A stretch of DNA of 63,576 nucleotides, the filler included, from Hyphochytrium catenoides (taxonomy: Eukaryota > Protista > Hyphochytriomycota), in the NCBI GenBank assembly GCA_900088475.1. It is 13 parts of 13 records of this genome, joined end to end, with 100 filler letters (N's around TTAATTAATTAA, not from the genome) between each part and the next. Parts side by side here need not be neighbours in the genome. Positions count along the whole stretch, not along the records: positions 24,848 to 26,111 come from FLMG01003299.1; positions 26,212 to 35,331 come from FLMG01003287.1; positions 35,432 to 39,167 come from FLMG01002154.1; 10 more parts are not named here. One strand, given 5' to 3'. Below the pieces are notes generated by a model. It searched no databases and was not told the DNA's origin. It was given only the letters and a program-made list of their open reading frames with translations. Both the position numbers and the translations under genes were made by a program. Positions 24,848 through 38,349 of the stretch are shown here, piece by piece (positions within the stretch are counted from its first letter, which is position 1; each line of letters opens with the position of its first letter).

Positions 24848-25923
24848 CCGTGATACCTTCTCCGGGAGCCTCGACACATTCAAAATTGGACAGATGAAGC
24901 TGAGGAAAATGATAACATGGCAGAAGGAAAGGAGGTGAGTGAACAGCCCTCCAAGTCACCGTCATCTCTGCTTTGGGCGCAGAAGGAGAACCCCCAAGCA
25001 GCAGAAAGATAACGTGGATGAACGAGCTTGGACCATGAAAAAGAGAGACCTAAGGAAGACAGGGTAAGAGCCCACCAAGGGGCAAGGGATGTAAAGTACG
25101 AACCTCGTGGAGTTAGGAAGGAGCTTCATGACAGGGCCACGGCTCATATACTCTAAGATGAGGTACATCTTCTCTCTTTCTCTTTCCGCATCTTCAAGCA
25201 CTTCGAAGAGCAGCACCACGTTCGGATGGATCAGGTTTCGCATAATGTCGATTTCCTAATGCAGGAGCCATTAAAAGATAAAAACCAAGACCGACAGGTC
25301 GGGCCAAGAATGAATAAAGGGACGCCAACAGGGCGTCGGGCCGCAGCCACCGAGAAAGAGAGAGACAAACCAGGACACTAGCCAAGAGAGGAAAGGACAT
25401 TCTGCGTGCCTATTAACCAGATATTGGACGAGATTCTGTGCCTACCGTGCGGACTTTTTTCATGGCAGTGGTGGCAATCATGGCACCATCTTTCTGAGTA
25501 TACTCTTTGATCTTCTCCAGCCGCTCCTGGACACATTTAAGAGAGAGAACGAGAGAAGAGCTTCAGATCAGAGAGAGACAGGTAACAGAAGAGGAGCCGA
25601 ATGGAGAGGAACAGCTCTTCTGTTGTTCTCTTCTTCTCTATGTAGAGTACCTTATCAATCACTTTGACGGCAAACTGTCTATAGGGTCCTGAGCCTACCC
25701 TTCTCTCTGCCAGCTTCACTTTTCCAAAGGTTCCGGTGCCTAGCGTCTCCTTGAAAAGATACTCGTTTACCATCTTTCCCTCTGCGGTCTCTCTCACAAG
25801 AATGGAAGATGTCTGTCTCGCGGCCCATGTCTGAGGTGGAGGAGGTGATGGGGATGGTGAGGAGAGGAAGCTAGGAGGAGAGTGCTTTGGAACGCTGACA
25901 AAGGGCGGCGGGGCTCCGAAACC
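24848..25923 (-). CDS. Ser/Thr protein kinase, CaMKK/SnAK(GRIK)-like, partial (N-lobe; truncated by gap)
   Basis: Spliced sequence VNEYLFKETLGTGTFGKVKLA..FAVKVIDK / ERLEKIKEY..KKVRT / EIDIMRNLIHPNVVLLFEVLED..MYLILEYMSRGPVM.. / FICPILNVSRLPEKVSR; the insert between subdomains II and III fits the CaMKK family. 5' end uncertain. Confidence 0.85.
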
Positions 25924-25933
25924 TGGACAAAGA

Positions 25934-25982
<49 letters not shown>

Positions 25983-26545
25983 ATGACAGAAGTCAGGTTA
26001 TTCTGGCATCCCCTTAAGCCCTTGATAAGTCTAATACGGCGTCGACTCAGCAACATCTCATGGCTCAGTCCTCCGGCTTATTCACGCTTCGTCTCCCATC
26101 TTCCTCTTTCCNNNNNNNNNNNNNNNNNNNNNNNNNNNNNNNNNNNNNNNNNNNNTTAATTAATTAANNNNNNNNNNNNNNNNNNNNNNNNNNNNNNNNN
26201 NNNNNNNNNNNCATCTCAGGAGGGAGGACGAGTTAAGAAGAAGAGGAGAGTCAAAAGGATACGCGAAGCAAGTGAGGGGTCAGCAGCAGAAAGAAATAAT
26301 GGAAGCACCTGCATTAGCTAACATCACCTGCATCAGCCAACAACGGCCATCATTCTCCCTTCCTCCCTTTCTTCGTCTTTCTTTCCGCTTCATCGTTTAT
26401 TTTTTTGTTCAAGGGACGGGAGGGTGGACGTTTGGCTGGGCCATCCTGAGACAGGCGAGGCGCCTGAAGTGCCTGGAACAGCAGCGAGTAGCAGACAACA
26501 GTCGTTATAGAAACGATAAAAGAGGGAGATAGAGAGGGAGAAGGG

Positions 26546-26581
<36 letters not shown>

Positions 26582-27042
26582 TTACCTATGGAGTTGGAGA
26601 CCGACTATCTGCCTGATGCGAGGCGGCCGTGGTGGTGTTGACAAGGCCCCGCTGAAGAAATGACGAATGCACAGATATCATTCGCTTTCCCCCTATCTCT
26701 CCTCCCATCTCTCCTCTTCCCATTTGCTCTTCCTTCGATGCTCCTTCCTTTGGCAGCTCTCCCCATTCGCTCCCTCGTATATTTCTCTCCTTCTCTCTAT
26801 CTTCCAGCGCCTCCCTCGTTGAAAGATTTAGCTTTGTTTTCCTTTGAACCTTATTCCTCTTCTCTTCTTCAGTTGCAGCCCCTTGATGATGCACGCGAGC
26901 CGCCTGTCCCATGGTAGCTGGGATACGCCCTTGGGCTGCGGGAAGGAGCCACATCGGTCATAGAAAGTAGTAAAAAAGCTACGAAGAAGCAGAGGGAAAA
27001 CAGTAGAAGAGAACTCGATCTGAGACGCGGAAGGTAGAACGA

Positions 27043-27290
27043 CTACTCAGAACTACTATCGAGGATAATAGTGTTTGGTTGGTCAGGAGCGCGGGTCGGT
27101 CTTGGGAACATGTTGACTGTCTCTCCCCATGTAGTTTTTATAGAAGTTTGGCCTAAACTGTGCAAGTAGTCTATGTAAAAATTGATGTCTATCCATTTAT
27201 TGTTCGAGGGGGAAACAAGCCTCAACGCGGTTTGGACATATTCAGGGTAGAAACTCTAGAAGATCGGTAGATTGGGTTATGATGAGATCT
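27043..27290 (-). mobile_element. Degenerate Ty1/copia RNase H relic
   Basis: NPIYRSSRVSTLNMSKP / SNNKWIDINFYIDYL resembles copia IYxDNxSxxxMxKNP..KHIDIRYHF across a frameshift. Confidence 0.4.
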
Positions 27291-28948
27291 AGAAGAAGTT
27301 GGAACCGGTCGTGAGTGACGAATGATGATGAGGCATAAAAAGTCTTGCTTGTCTTTGGCTGCTAGAGAGACGAGGAAGAAGAGAAACTGGTTATTAGAAA
27401 GGGAGAGAGACAGACACAGAGAGAGAGTCAGAGAAACAGAGGAAGACAGAAACAGAGAGGCGACAGAAACAAAGAAGGACAGAGAGACAGAGTAGTGGGA
27501 GAAAGAAAGAGGAGCCAAACATCTGAGAAGCCAACACTGCTGGATGAGAGACCAATGACGCTGTGCCAACGTGGCAGGAAATATAGTCACCAGTAGTAGT
27601 TGCATCTTTGGAGCGCAAGTCCATCGCTAAGTTTAGGAATACTGCTATTCCGTTGTAGTGAATCTATGTCTGGCCATCAAGATTGCTTGCTCTTCCTCCT
27701 CTCCTTCCTCCTCTCTCCCGGCTCCTTTCTCTTCTCTCTCCCAGCTCCTCTCTCTCTCTTTGTGACACCCTCTTCTCCCTCTTCTGTGTCACTCTCCCAT
27801 TGTTTCTCTATCTATAGCACGGTGGTCCTCCCTATTTGTCTCTATCTTTCTCTCTTCTTCCTCTAGACACTGTAAGTGGAGAAATGACGGCCACTGCTTC
27901 CTGGACAACAAACGCATCCTGACACTGTGGCTGGCACCACTTTTCCTGGACGGCGCTGTCCTCGTTGAGCCGCACGAACCCTCACTTTACTGACGCTTTT
28001 GCGCGTGCGGTCATCAGCTATCCCACTATCGACAATGGAAGCTGTCATGAAGAGCAAATCTAGCCAGTGGCCTTTCGAGAGGTAGAACTGTGAAGGATAC
28101 AACCACAAGAAAGGAGAGAGAGACGGAGAGAGGATGAGGAGAGGGAAGGAAGAATGAAAGGAGGAGAACGGAACGGGACTGCATTTGTCGCCTCTCTCGA
28201 CGATAATTCGTTCTCCAGTCTCTTCTGTCCGTCCTCCAACAGTGCTGCCATCCTCCTCGGTCCGCTCTGCCCTACATTCGAATTCCAGAGCGACCCCAAG
28301 GGGCCACGGTCAGAAAGCGAAAGCGAGAAGCGACGGTGGCTTTCAAGAGATAAACATCGTGGCGGCCCTTACCCCCACCACGTCAGCATGTCAAAACGCA
28401 GGGCCGAAGACTGGCTTTCCGGAGAGAGAGAGTGTACTTCTAAATGGGATCTTTGTTGGGAAGAGGCTCGTTCAGTCTGCTACTGAACACGCAACAGACA
28501 GTCTCTTGGTCTGCTGCTGGGCTGACCCTGCTTGATCCAAGGTCCGTCGAGCGTCCAAGTTGGAAAATTCTAGTCCGAAAGCTGTTGCTGTGCTATTGCG
28601 GGACGGCGGTGTAGCTGTTCCTTCCACCTAAAAAAATAGACTTGCCAACCTAAACTCTGAGGTTGTTGGCCGTCCCATCTCTCCTCCCCTTTCCTCCCGA
28701 TGCTGCTACTCTCGTCTCCTCCGTCTGTCACCCTCATTTCCAGATTCGCTCAAGATAAGGCGAGACCCCACAGGACAAAGGGTAACTTTCTCCCTTGTTG
28801 GCCATCCCGGGACCCGGAATCTCCAGAGCGGGGTAGCTGTTGGTGGGAACCCCAAGTATCCGGAGCCGTTGCAATGACAACGTCCAGACTAGGGACGCTA
28901 AGGACATAGCACAAAGGAGAACGGAAGAAAAAACAACGACTTTCAAAA

Positions 28949-29401
28949 ATGCAGTTCTCTCTTCAAACACTGTTTCTCTCCGTAGCAGTATTCGCTCTTT
29001 GGCTTGTCTCCGGAGGACTGGCAGAGGAGACTGCAGCAGGGGCCACAGAGCACCAGAGGATTGAGGGAGGAAAGCAGACAACACAATTGTTGCCAGACCA
29101 TCCGACCCCTACTACTCCAGTCCTCACACCGGTTAGACAATCTTCCCCAGCAGCAGAAGGCATTAGTGTGACCGCAATTGGGAAGCAGTTACCTTCTACT
29201 CCAGTTGGTGGCGGACAACTGCCGAGACTCTCGCCATCCCGCCAGAAACGTGGTGGTGCTTGTTTCCCAACAAGACAGGCGTGTGACCGATATTGCACCT
29301 ACTGGTATCGCAGTCCGTGCTTTCTTTTTAATAGACTGACCTTGACCTGTGAATGGGGAAGTGGCCGGTACTTTTGCAATACCCATCCCCGTCTCCCATG
29401 A
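28949..29401 (+). CDS. Secreted cysteine-rich prepropeptide (signal peptide + Pro/Thr pro-region + RQKR site + 49-aa 6-Cys mature peptide)
   Basis: Hydrophobic N-terminus ending GGLA; RxKR convertase site at aa 98-101; mature GGACFPTRQACDRYCTYWYRSPCFLFNRLTLTCEWGSGRYFCNTHPRLP. Confidence 0.75.
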   Translation: MQFSLQTLFLSVAVFALWLVSGGLAEETAAGATEHQRIEGGKQTTQLLPDHPTPTTPVLTPVRQSSPAAEGISVTAIGKQLPSTPVGGGQLPRLSPSRQKRGGACFPTRQACDRYCTYWYRSPCFLFNRLTLTCEWGSGRYFCNTHPRLP

Positions 29402-31399
29402 GTCTGATGGATGATGAGAGCTTTGCATCATCACGGACAGGGAGAACTCATTATGGCTATATATCCTATAATAGTGAAGAAACTTGTTGGCAAATCTCTT
29501 TGATAACTTTATTAGCCTACCGCACGTCTTAAGGCAGAATAAGCCTCCTTCTGCTGCCGCCGCTCCTCCAGCCTAGAGGTCCGATAACAGCCTTCATGCT
29601 GCATGATGGGAAAGAAAAGTTCTTTGGTCTTAGCAAGGCGGTTGTTACTGCTCCGCTGCTTGTATTAATCATGTGAGGTCAGAATCCTTTCGTCTGCTGA
29701 GACAACACATCATGCCACTCGTAATCTTGGTCTATCTCCCGCATCTTCTTTGCCACTTTCGTCGTCTTTCTCCTCTTTCTCTCGTTTCTCCATTGTTGTC
29801 TCTCTCCCCTTCACCCCTCACGCCCCGGAGCTCTTGCTGTGGAGACAACACTAAACTCTTCCCTTATTGTCGATGCAGCGTGCTGGCGAAAAAGGAGATC
29901 TTTCTGCTTGTGCCCTCGTCGTGGTCAGTTATTAAGTTTCTGAAAGAATGAGGTTATGCGGAGGTGTGTCTCCTGTCGCTACTGGCGGTTGTTGTTGTCT
30001 GCTGTGCCGCCGAGCAGCCTGTTGTTTGGCTGGTCTTCTTGCCCCTCTAGGTTATCTTCCAGCTTTCCTTTCGTCGACGGTAGTAGCCCCATCATCTTCT
30101 GCTGTTGTAGTAGCTACTGAGGTAGACCCTTCGTGCCTTCTGAATAATCACTTCTCGGTTGAGACTGTGTTGTCTTGCTGTTGTCTCAGCTACTCCTCCA
30201 TGCCCTAGGTTCACGTCCGTGGTGGGTAACAGCAGCGGGGTGCTACAGTATATCCGGTACTTGCTTCGGCTGCTGTCTCCTTCCTTCGGTGCTCTTCTTT
30301 CAGGCAGCAATCCTCCCTCTACCTCTGCTGCAGGTTAATGAGGTTTTGAAGCCTGGGCCCGGTCGGCCGGGTGCCTCTCCCTCTGTCACTGCTGCTACTT
30401 TGTCTTGCGCAGTGGATGATAGAAGAGCATTACAAAGAATGCGAGAGTAATTTGCAGGACTGTCTGCAGCAGCTGTCTGGCCCGTCCTGTACGGCTCAAT
30501 GGTTACGCATTCTCCGCTTGGTTACCTTCTCTCTGTCCGCTTGTTTATGTTAATATATAAAGAGATAGCTAGAGTCCAAGAGTGCTCCGTCATCACTTCG
30601 CCGGGCCCAACCCTTAATTTCGATCAAAGTAGCAAGCTGGCAGAGAAAGAAAGGCCTTTTATGTATTATGTTGTAGTGCCCCCTCTTCCATAAAGCCAAA
30701 TTGCCGTTCCATACGCGCATGGCGGCGCTAGCAGTGGAGGATGATGTGCTTTAGATCCTGAAAGTGATCCGTCTCTTCACTTATATGCTTTGTTTCTGTG
30801 TCTGTTCTGTCTGTTCTGTTAGTTTCTGCTGTTCTGGCAGAGTAAGGCGGTCTTGTTGTTGCTGCTTCTGTTTCTTTCGCCCCTCAGTCGTCGTCATTCC
30901 TGAGAAAAAAATGGCTATGGTCCTCGCTTCTGGTGTTAGCAGTAGAGTGGTAGAGGGGCATTTTGAAGAATCCGGAATTCCTATATAGCTGTTATCAATT
31001 TGTTTTCTTTTTCCATCCTTCCTCTCTCCTCACTAACTCTTCCTGTTCTTTTTCTTCTCTTGTCTCTCCGGCTTACTCCTAATAAGGTCAGCTTGTTGTT
31101 CTAATGTCAGCTTTATTGTTAGAAGAAGTATCATACGGGACTAGTAACCAGAACAGGTTTCGGCTTCGTCCCCCTCCCACCGCCCCCTTCTCTACTTTTC
31201 CTCATCTCGGTCGGCAATTCGTGGTTCTTGTGAGTGCTTCCCTCCAGATATATTTGGCGCAGGGAAGACTCTGTTGGGTCTACTACCGAGCAGCCCTAGG
31301 TGGCTGTCGGGCAGAACCGTGAGCTTTTTCTTCTGTTGGTTCTTCATGTTTTACTCGTCTTCTTGTGGCCCTGCTACGTTCTCTTCAGACCTACCTTAT

Positions 31400-32640
31400 C
31401 CTATTTGGAAGACGCATTCTCCCGACAGCTTCCCCAAAATATCGTGCATCTGATCCAAGAAGGGCGTAAGTAAGGCAAGGCCAATATTATAGGAAAAGGA
31501 AGAAGAGTAAATCATATAAAATACTTTGCAGTACTTTCCTCTACCTCGGCTAGTCATTAGTGCAAGGGAAGATTGAACGATAACATAAGAGAAGAACAAC
31601 GAACTGGAGACACGAGAGCTTATCTAGTCCTCCATCCCTCCAGTTCGTTGTCCTCTACCGTCATCAAAAAGGGAAGATACAACGGGGATAAAATGCTGAT
31701 AAAGAAGGCAGTTGTGAGAGGTGTACCTCAACGTCAACATCCGAAAAAAGGAAGAGGTCGGTCAGCAGACAGAGCATCTCCTGCGTCTTCCAGAACCTTG
31801 TTGACTGTCTTGATGTCTCGGCGACTCCTGGCAGGGTTGCGGGCCATTATTGGGATAGAGGAGTGCCGTGTTGCCCTTGAAGGATAGAAGAAGAGGTAAG
31901 GTAAGACCACTGCGAAGCAGATTCTATCATGTTCTTACGTCGAACGGAGACCAGAAACGTCGGGAACGGAGCAGCAGGCAGTTCACATCCCCAGGTAAGT
32001 TTTTCCTATAACGTCCTAGGTTGTACCTCCTCATGAGCATGATAATGGCTGAGAGCACAGTCAGCAACAGACTAGAAGCAGTAGCAGACTTTCTAGCTCA
32101 TAGATCGTTGTCGCCTGATGTAAGCGATAACTACAACCATAATAGCGAGAGTAATAGCTTTTTGGATGCTGTTTGCATCTATAATTTTGTGGTAGGAACT
32201 CCAGCTCAAATGACTGTAGTAACAGAAGGACACCTGGGCTGAAGCAACTGCGAAATCTTGTAAACCTTCTGACTGGCCGATTTGTTCCGATCAAGATGGG
32301 GAGTCCTGGAATCCTCTTGTGCTATTTGGAGATAAGTGGAGCTTCACGGTGCGTCGTCGGAAGGGCAGAACAAGCCTGGGACTTGGAGCTGACAGAAGGT
32401 AAGGAAGGATTATTAGAAGATGTCAGCTAGGGGCCCACAGAGTGATGGTGGCCAGAAGAGAGGAATGTTGGGTTGTGAAGAACAGCAGAAGGAAAATGTG
32501 CATTAAGCACTAGAGTGGTGTACCTGAAGATGTAGGATGTATGAGGGAGAGCACCAGCCAAGAGACGAGTAGAGAGGGAGTAAGGGAGCAGAAGAGAAGA
32601 GCTATGACACATAATAAGGAGCAGTCCAAAGTGGGAACTA
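31400..32640 (-). mobile_element. Highly degenerate Ty1/copia pol relic (integrase end to RT start)
   Basis: Broken frames in copia order: integrase-like LSTRLLAGALPHTSYI..SGHHHSVG, then HEE..KLTWG..ELP, then VSPVRCSSL (FSPVVRxSSL). Weak similarity. Confidence 0.3.
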
Positions 32641-33660
32641 ACAAACAGGCAGTGGGATCAGTCAGGATTTAGCTCTATCATCGTAAAGCCAAACACGCTA
32701 TCTCCTGCTAGAAGACCTTCCTCTAGACTTACTGCACTGAAAGTGCAAGGAGGCTCTTTTGACTGTTGCGGCCAGCTCATACCAATTCTCTTAGCAGTTT
32801 CGTCAATGGAATCTGTTGGCTGATATCTGGAGCTTATTGCGGCTTCAGAAAGGGTCTGCATATTCGGTCCATGGCAAAGTCTTGGTTGATCCCGAGACTG
32901 TCGTCTCAATGGTAACGAATCTGTCGATTAAACAAGAATTATAGATGTCTTTTTTAGCTTCCAGAAACATGGAAGAGGGAGGTCCAGCAGGGAGGAGGAG
33001 GAATATACTACTAACGCGTTGGGAGAGCGAAAACGTGACTGCTGGGAGAGACGGAAAAGACGATTGAGAGGCAAAAAGATGACTCTTTCTTTCTCAGACA
33101 GCCATCCTCCAATCTATCAATCCCAGATCGATAAGATTCGCTAAGGATAGAATTATGACATTTTCCGGGCGAAACTTACAGAATCCCGGCCCAAACAGGA
33201 CAACAGGACACCGCTTTTCCCCCAACTAATATTGGCTCCAGCCACTTCTTTGGCGTTTGCAAGTGTGTTGAGAATGGGCGGTAGTCATTCAATCTTAGAA
33301 ATGTCTTCCCCCCGAGACATTTGTATTGGATGTAGGAGCCGGTAGTATAGATGACGGTCATTATACTTTCCAAATCTTAGCTCTAACTCTTTCTAGTTGC
33401 TGAGATCGCCATTAATTACAAGTTAGCACAGTTAGCTGCTACTAGTATTATGCATGGCGATAGACCACCATCTAAATGAGTGGCTGTGAGGTATCCAAGT
33501 CCTCGGATGCCAGTAAGGCCGCCTCCTCTGGTCCGGCCCCCACTTCATTCTAATCTCACCTTCCAATTTCCCAAGTACCCCACAAGTCAACATCTAAGAA
33601 TTTGCCCTGCGCTTTTGTATAGGCGGTGAATAAGAAGAGTATGGACCTATCAACTTTGGA

Positions 33661-34160
33661 GGTTGTGGTAACTTCAATCAGGGCCAACACAGTGGCCCGT
33701 AAATGCGGAATGCCTACGACGATAGCTCCATCCTGAGATCTCTTCAATGGCTGTTTGCAAACAAGAGACATCTGCTAGCAACCTTTCCTTAATGAGGCTG
33801 CTTATGGGTGGACCAGCCACAAAGAAATGAAGTGGAAGGAGCTCATCTAGACGACGGGGTAGAAGAGGAGGAGAGGAGGAGGTCTGGGACGACAGCAGCA
33901 ACAGCTGTCAACACAGATCTACTAGAGAGTTTCTACAGCCAAGGCGATTCTTCACACTTTATGGTCGACACAGATCTCTCCTATCACGTTTGATGACATG
34001 ACTGCGCGAGACTTCATGACCTGGATTGTGTTTATGAAGAAAAAGGATGGCAGCAGACCTGGCTACTACTCCACTTACAACCGCCATAGAGCAGCACTCT
34101 TCAATCTCTACCGTGACTTTGGCCAGACGATATCCAGGACTCTGGAACCAGAGCTACTAC
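33661..34160 (+). mobile_element. Crypton-type (CryptonS-like) tyrosine-recombinase transposon relic, N-terminal portion
   Basis: Frameshifted SIRANTVARK / RNAYDDSSILRSLQWLFANKRHLL followed by TARDFMTWIVFMKKKDGSRPGYYSTYNRHRAALFNLYRDFGQTISRTLEPEL, resembling oomycete/diatom Crypton proteins as recalled; no catalytic YR core seen. Confidence 0.65.
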
Positions 34161-35980
34161 ATCGGCAGGATCCCAATTGTGACGAGTGCTAAGGGGAGCG
34201 GAGAGCCAGGTGGCGAAGCAGCAGGAACAACCGTAGCAGATGGGATCATAGGAGGCGCGCGGCGCTGTGGTATACTACTGGAAAGGAAGGTTTCACTCTG
34301 TTCCTCAGCGCTTTCAGCTGCCTAATGGCAGCGTCGTCTCCCAAGCTTGGCAGCTTATATATAGTGAGATTAAGAGGGTGGCCCTCAACTCCCACCGTTA
34401 AAAAAATCTCGACCCCATTGATTTGGAGTTGAGGAATTTATAAGAAGCGTTTAAGCGAATATAAACTCTTGATGGAACTTCTGGAAGATGAGGCAAAGGA
34501 GCTCGGTTTGTGGAAAAGTAACCTGAGCTTGGCTGAGGCAATCTCAATTTTTGAGGCGTGCAAGTCAGTTGTTGACGTCCCTGAGGTATGGAAAGAACCG
34601 TAAGCGAAGAGTTAGCCACGATCGTCGCTGACTGTTGCTACCTTAAAGAGGAAGAAAGAGATTTAGTGTGTGCTCACGTCATCAATTAGTATCTATCTAG
34701 TGGCAAGTACTGTTGTTTGTCGATTATCCATATATCCTTCTGCCGGGACTGAGTAAAGGAGTCGAATAGCTCAATCCTAATCGTCTAGTTTAAAGTGTTT
34801 TGTCGTTCTTCTTTTGTCCCTATAATGACTTATTTGGTACGGTCATCATAGATGGTGACCATCACGTAGCACTGCAAGCAGGATACTGCGTAGTGTTGTC
34901 ATCGAGAGTATTAATAGCCGAATGTTAAAGATAAGGATAGCTCAATCTTCTCAAGTACGCGAAAGGACAACAGGCAAAACAATAGGAGGTAAGGGGATGT
35001 GATGATGGATTTTGACTTTGATGCTCTGTGATGGTGATGGCTTATGGCTTGATGCGGAAGCTCTACACTTGTAGAGTATTATCTGATGAATGTATGAAGT
35101 TCGAAGACAATTATATTATGAGTTCCTGCTCGGCTTATAAGCCTGAAAGGGTAGCCTCTAGATTGTGGGACCCTTCTGGATTTAGGATCCTGAATACTAC
35201 TAAGATGCATTCCTAATAGAGAGTACCTGTCCTCTCCTAGTAATAACCCAAAGTTAACATTAGAGTCCACTTCTTCCCTCATATCTGTTATAATGTATGG
35301 GATTTGAAGACACTCTTATTTAGGTTATGTGNNNNNNNNNNNNNNNNNNNNNNNNNNNNNNNNNNNNNNNNNNNNTTAATTAATTAANNNNNNNNNNNNN
35401 NNNNNNNNNNNNNNNNNNNNNNNNNNNNNNNAGAGAGAGAGAGAGAGAGAGAGAGAAAGTCTAGGCGACAGAGTGGCCGACTCGGATGGCAAATGGCAGA
35501 TGCATTGATCCAGCCATAGCTTAGAAACGATAGAAAAAAGAGGAGAGAGAGAGACACACACACTCAGGGAGGAAGAAAAACAGAGAGAGAGAGAGAGAGA
35601 CCAGCCCATCGACCCCGTAGAATCAAATAGAGAACAGAGGAAATGGACTGTCTATTGCCTTACCCTCTTTATGACGGCATCTTTCTGAAACGGAGGCATG
35701 TTTCTGTTCCTTTCTTTCTCTATCTGTTTCAAAAAAGAGCTATTCAAAGTGGCGGCAAGGTGCCGCGCTGCATCAGACGAAGAATCGAATCTTCAAAGTC
35801 CAGAGAGAAGAGAGAGAAAGAAAGAAAAAGAGAGAGAAAGAGAGAGTAAAAGCAGGTGACACTGCCACCAGGAGCAGCAGGCGCCACACCGAAGAGCAGA
35901 AAAGAAGATCTCCTTGCGGCTTTCCTAGGGCGGTGGCCTCCGTGTAAAGCAGATGTAAGGGGGAGCAGACCTGGTGAAAA

Positions 35981-36018
<38 letters not shown>

Positions 36019-36206
36019 ACAGCAGCACAGGAGAGACGCCTAACGACAGAGAGGCTGCGGGGAAGCTCTTAAAGAGTGTCCTCCGTTTCACCAAGCAGCC
36101 AAGAAGAGAGAGAACTGACTCATGAGCCTCTTTCTTTGTCGATTTTCCAGTAGTATCTGCATGCCTTTGTCTGGTTCCTATCTGATCTCTTCCACCTTTC
36201 TCAGTT

Positions 36207-36237
<31 letters not shown>

Positions 36238-38311
36238 TTCNNNNNNNNNNNNNNNNNNNNNNNNNNNNNNNNNNNNNNNNNNNNNNNNNNNNNNNNNNNN
36301 NNNNNNNNNNNNNCTCTCTCTCTCTCTCGTGTTCGGCTCTCTCTCTCACCTGAAGGTCGTGCCTCTTTTTCTGGTTTCGTACCCGTTACCTGGTTCTGGG
36401 CGGAATGAGACCGTACAGAAATCATTCAGACAAAATCAGAGATACCAACATAATGATTCTTCTGTGTAGCTGATTCAAGCCTATCTGGAATATCTATCGT
36501 AAGGTTTCACGATCCGATCACTTTTACAAATCCAAAAGTGTCATATTAGAACTTTATTTGGTAGTACCTAAAAAGCTGGGACCTTTCAAAACAAAAGGTA
36601 CTCACAGTCTACTAAAAGCCCTCCACGACGTAGGGGATTCTAATATATAGAAAATGAAGAGGGCGTCGAAGTTGTTTGAGGTTGTGAGATATAGAACAAA
36701 GGCATCAGCTAGAAAATATAGGCTAAGTTAGAGTAACGTCTTTATAGGGAATCTGGCACAGAAACTACTGTTTCGCATCCGCTGCTGTGCGTCCGTTGCA
36801 AGCCAGTCGACAGCTAAGCTTAGTAGAAGACACTTCGTTGGTTACCACTACTTTCTCTCTCTCTCTCTCTCTCTCTCACTCTCTCTCTCTCTCTTTATTT
36901 TCTTTCTATTGATTCTCTTCCTTTCTTTTTCTCTTTTCCTTTTTTCTCTCTCTCTCTCTCCCTCCTCCGTCCTTTGTCCCCTTAACACTTAACACCCTCT
37001 CTGCCGTGGTCCTTCGTCGTTCTATTTTCCTCTACTCTTGTCCAACCAAAAGCCCCGTGCGATCCCTTCTTGCGGCCTAGAAGCAGATCATGATTACATC
37101 TCCTTTTGTTCTTATTTTTTGTGTCTGCGTCATCAGTAGTACCTCACCCATGATACCTTTACAAGTCCTACTGATACTACTACAACTGCTAATAAAATAG
37201 TGCTGTAGCAGTTAAACTTTTGCCCGTCGTGCTAAAGAACATGATAGGCAAGCTGGGGAGGGCCCGGTGGAGGAACGGGTCGCGCATCCAACCAATCCAC
37301 AGGGATCGGCATCCAAAGAGAGAAGGCTCAGCTTTGGCTCCCGGCAGCGGGAACAACAGTTCTAGGTTGTTGCTCGTTATAACAACAGACAACAAAGCTT
37401 TGTTGCCCATCCACTTTGGAAATTTCTTAGGGTCTGTAGTTCATTAGAACGCATTTTGCCACTTGTTTGAATCTTTGCGGTGTGAAGTTGAAGGGCACAG
37501 CACTCAGCACTCCTCACTCCTCAGACAAACATAACAGCGCATCGTGTGAAGGTAGACCGCAAAGGGAGAGAAGCGGGATGGACCGAACTTCAACAAGAGG
37601 AAGGATTGAGATAACGAAGAGAGCCTGGAGAGAAAGGCAGGCAAAAAGAACGAAGAGTGGGACGGAGGAGGAGAAGTAGAGGGAGCAAGGAGGGGAGAAT
37701 GGATGGAGAAACTTCCACATTCTTGCCAGTGCGCAGGTCGCCGTGCTAAAGGTGACGATACAATACCGAATCTATCGTCAGACACCAAGTATAAAAAAGC
37801 AATCCTTAACGAGAAGTTGATTTGTATGGCTGGCATGATGCTAACCATGTTAATCTATGAACCCTACCGAAAAGTATGGGTAAGAGCCGAATGTACCAAT
37901 CTGAGGTCACGGTAGTACGAATGTACGAGTACCGTTTTGCTTGTTTGGCCGTGTTGGGCGGCTTTCCTCACGCTGCTAAAGTCCTAAGCTCCGTCGTGAG
38001 AGAGACAGACGGCTCCTGAGAGAGAGAGGAAGAGGCCAAAGAGAGAGACACGAAGAGAAAGAGAGAGAAAGGAAGAGATAGAGAAAGAAGACAAAGACTT
38101 GGCTTGGAGAAAGAGAAAAGATAGTGGAGAGAGAAGAAACAGATGTCGGGTATGAGAAGGCAGAGGGCGGGAAAGAGAGAAGCTGTGAAAGAGAGCAGCG
38201 AAAGAGTACTTGGGAGGAACAATAGAATGTTTGCAGACAGAGGTAGTTCTATCAGATGTTCATATGATGGTGATGGGAAGAAGGGGATCGGCATCTGACG
38301 AGGGATAAATC

Positions 38312-38349
<38 letters not shown>

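Noticed and set aside
27863-28650. Possible spliced gene on the minus strand
   Set aside because: Could not build a phase-consistent model and found no recognisable domain.
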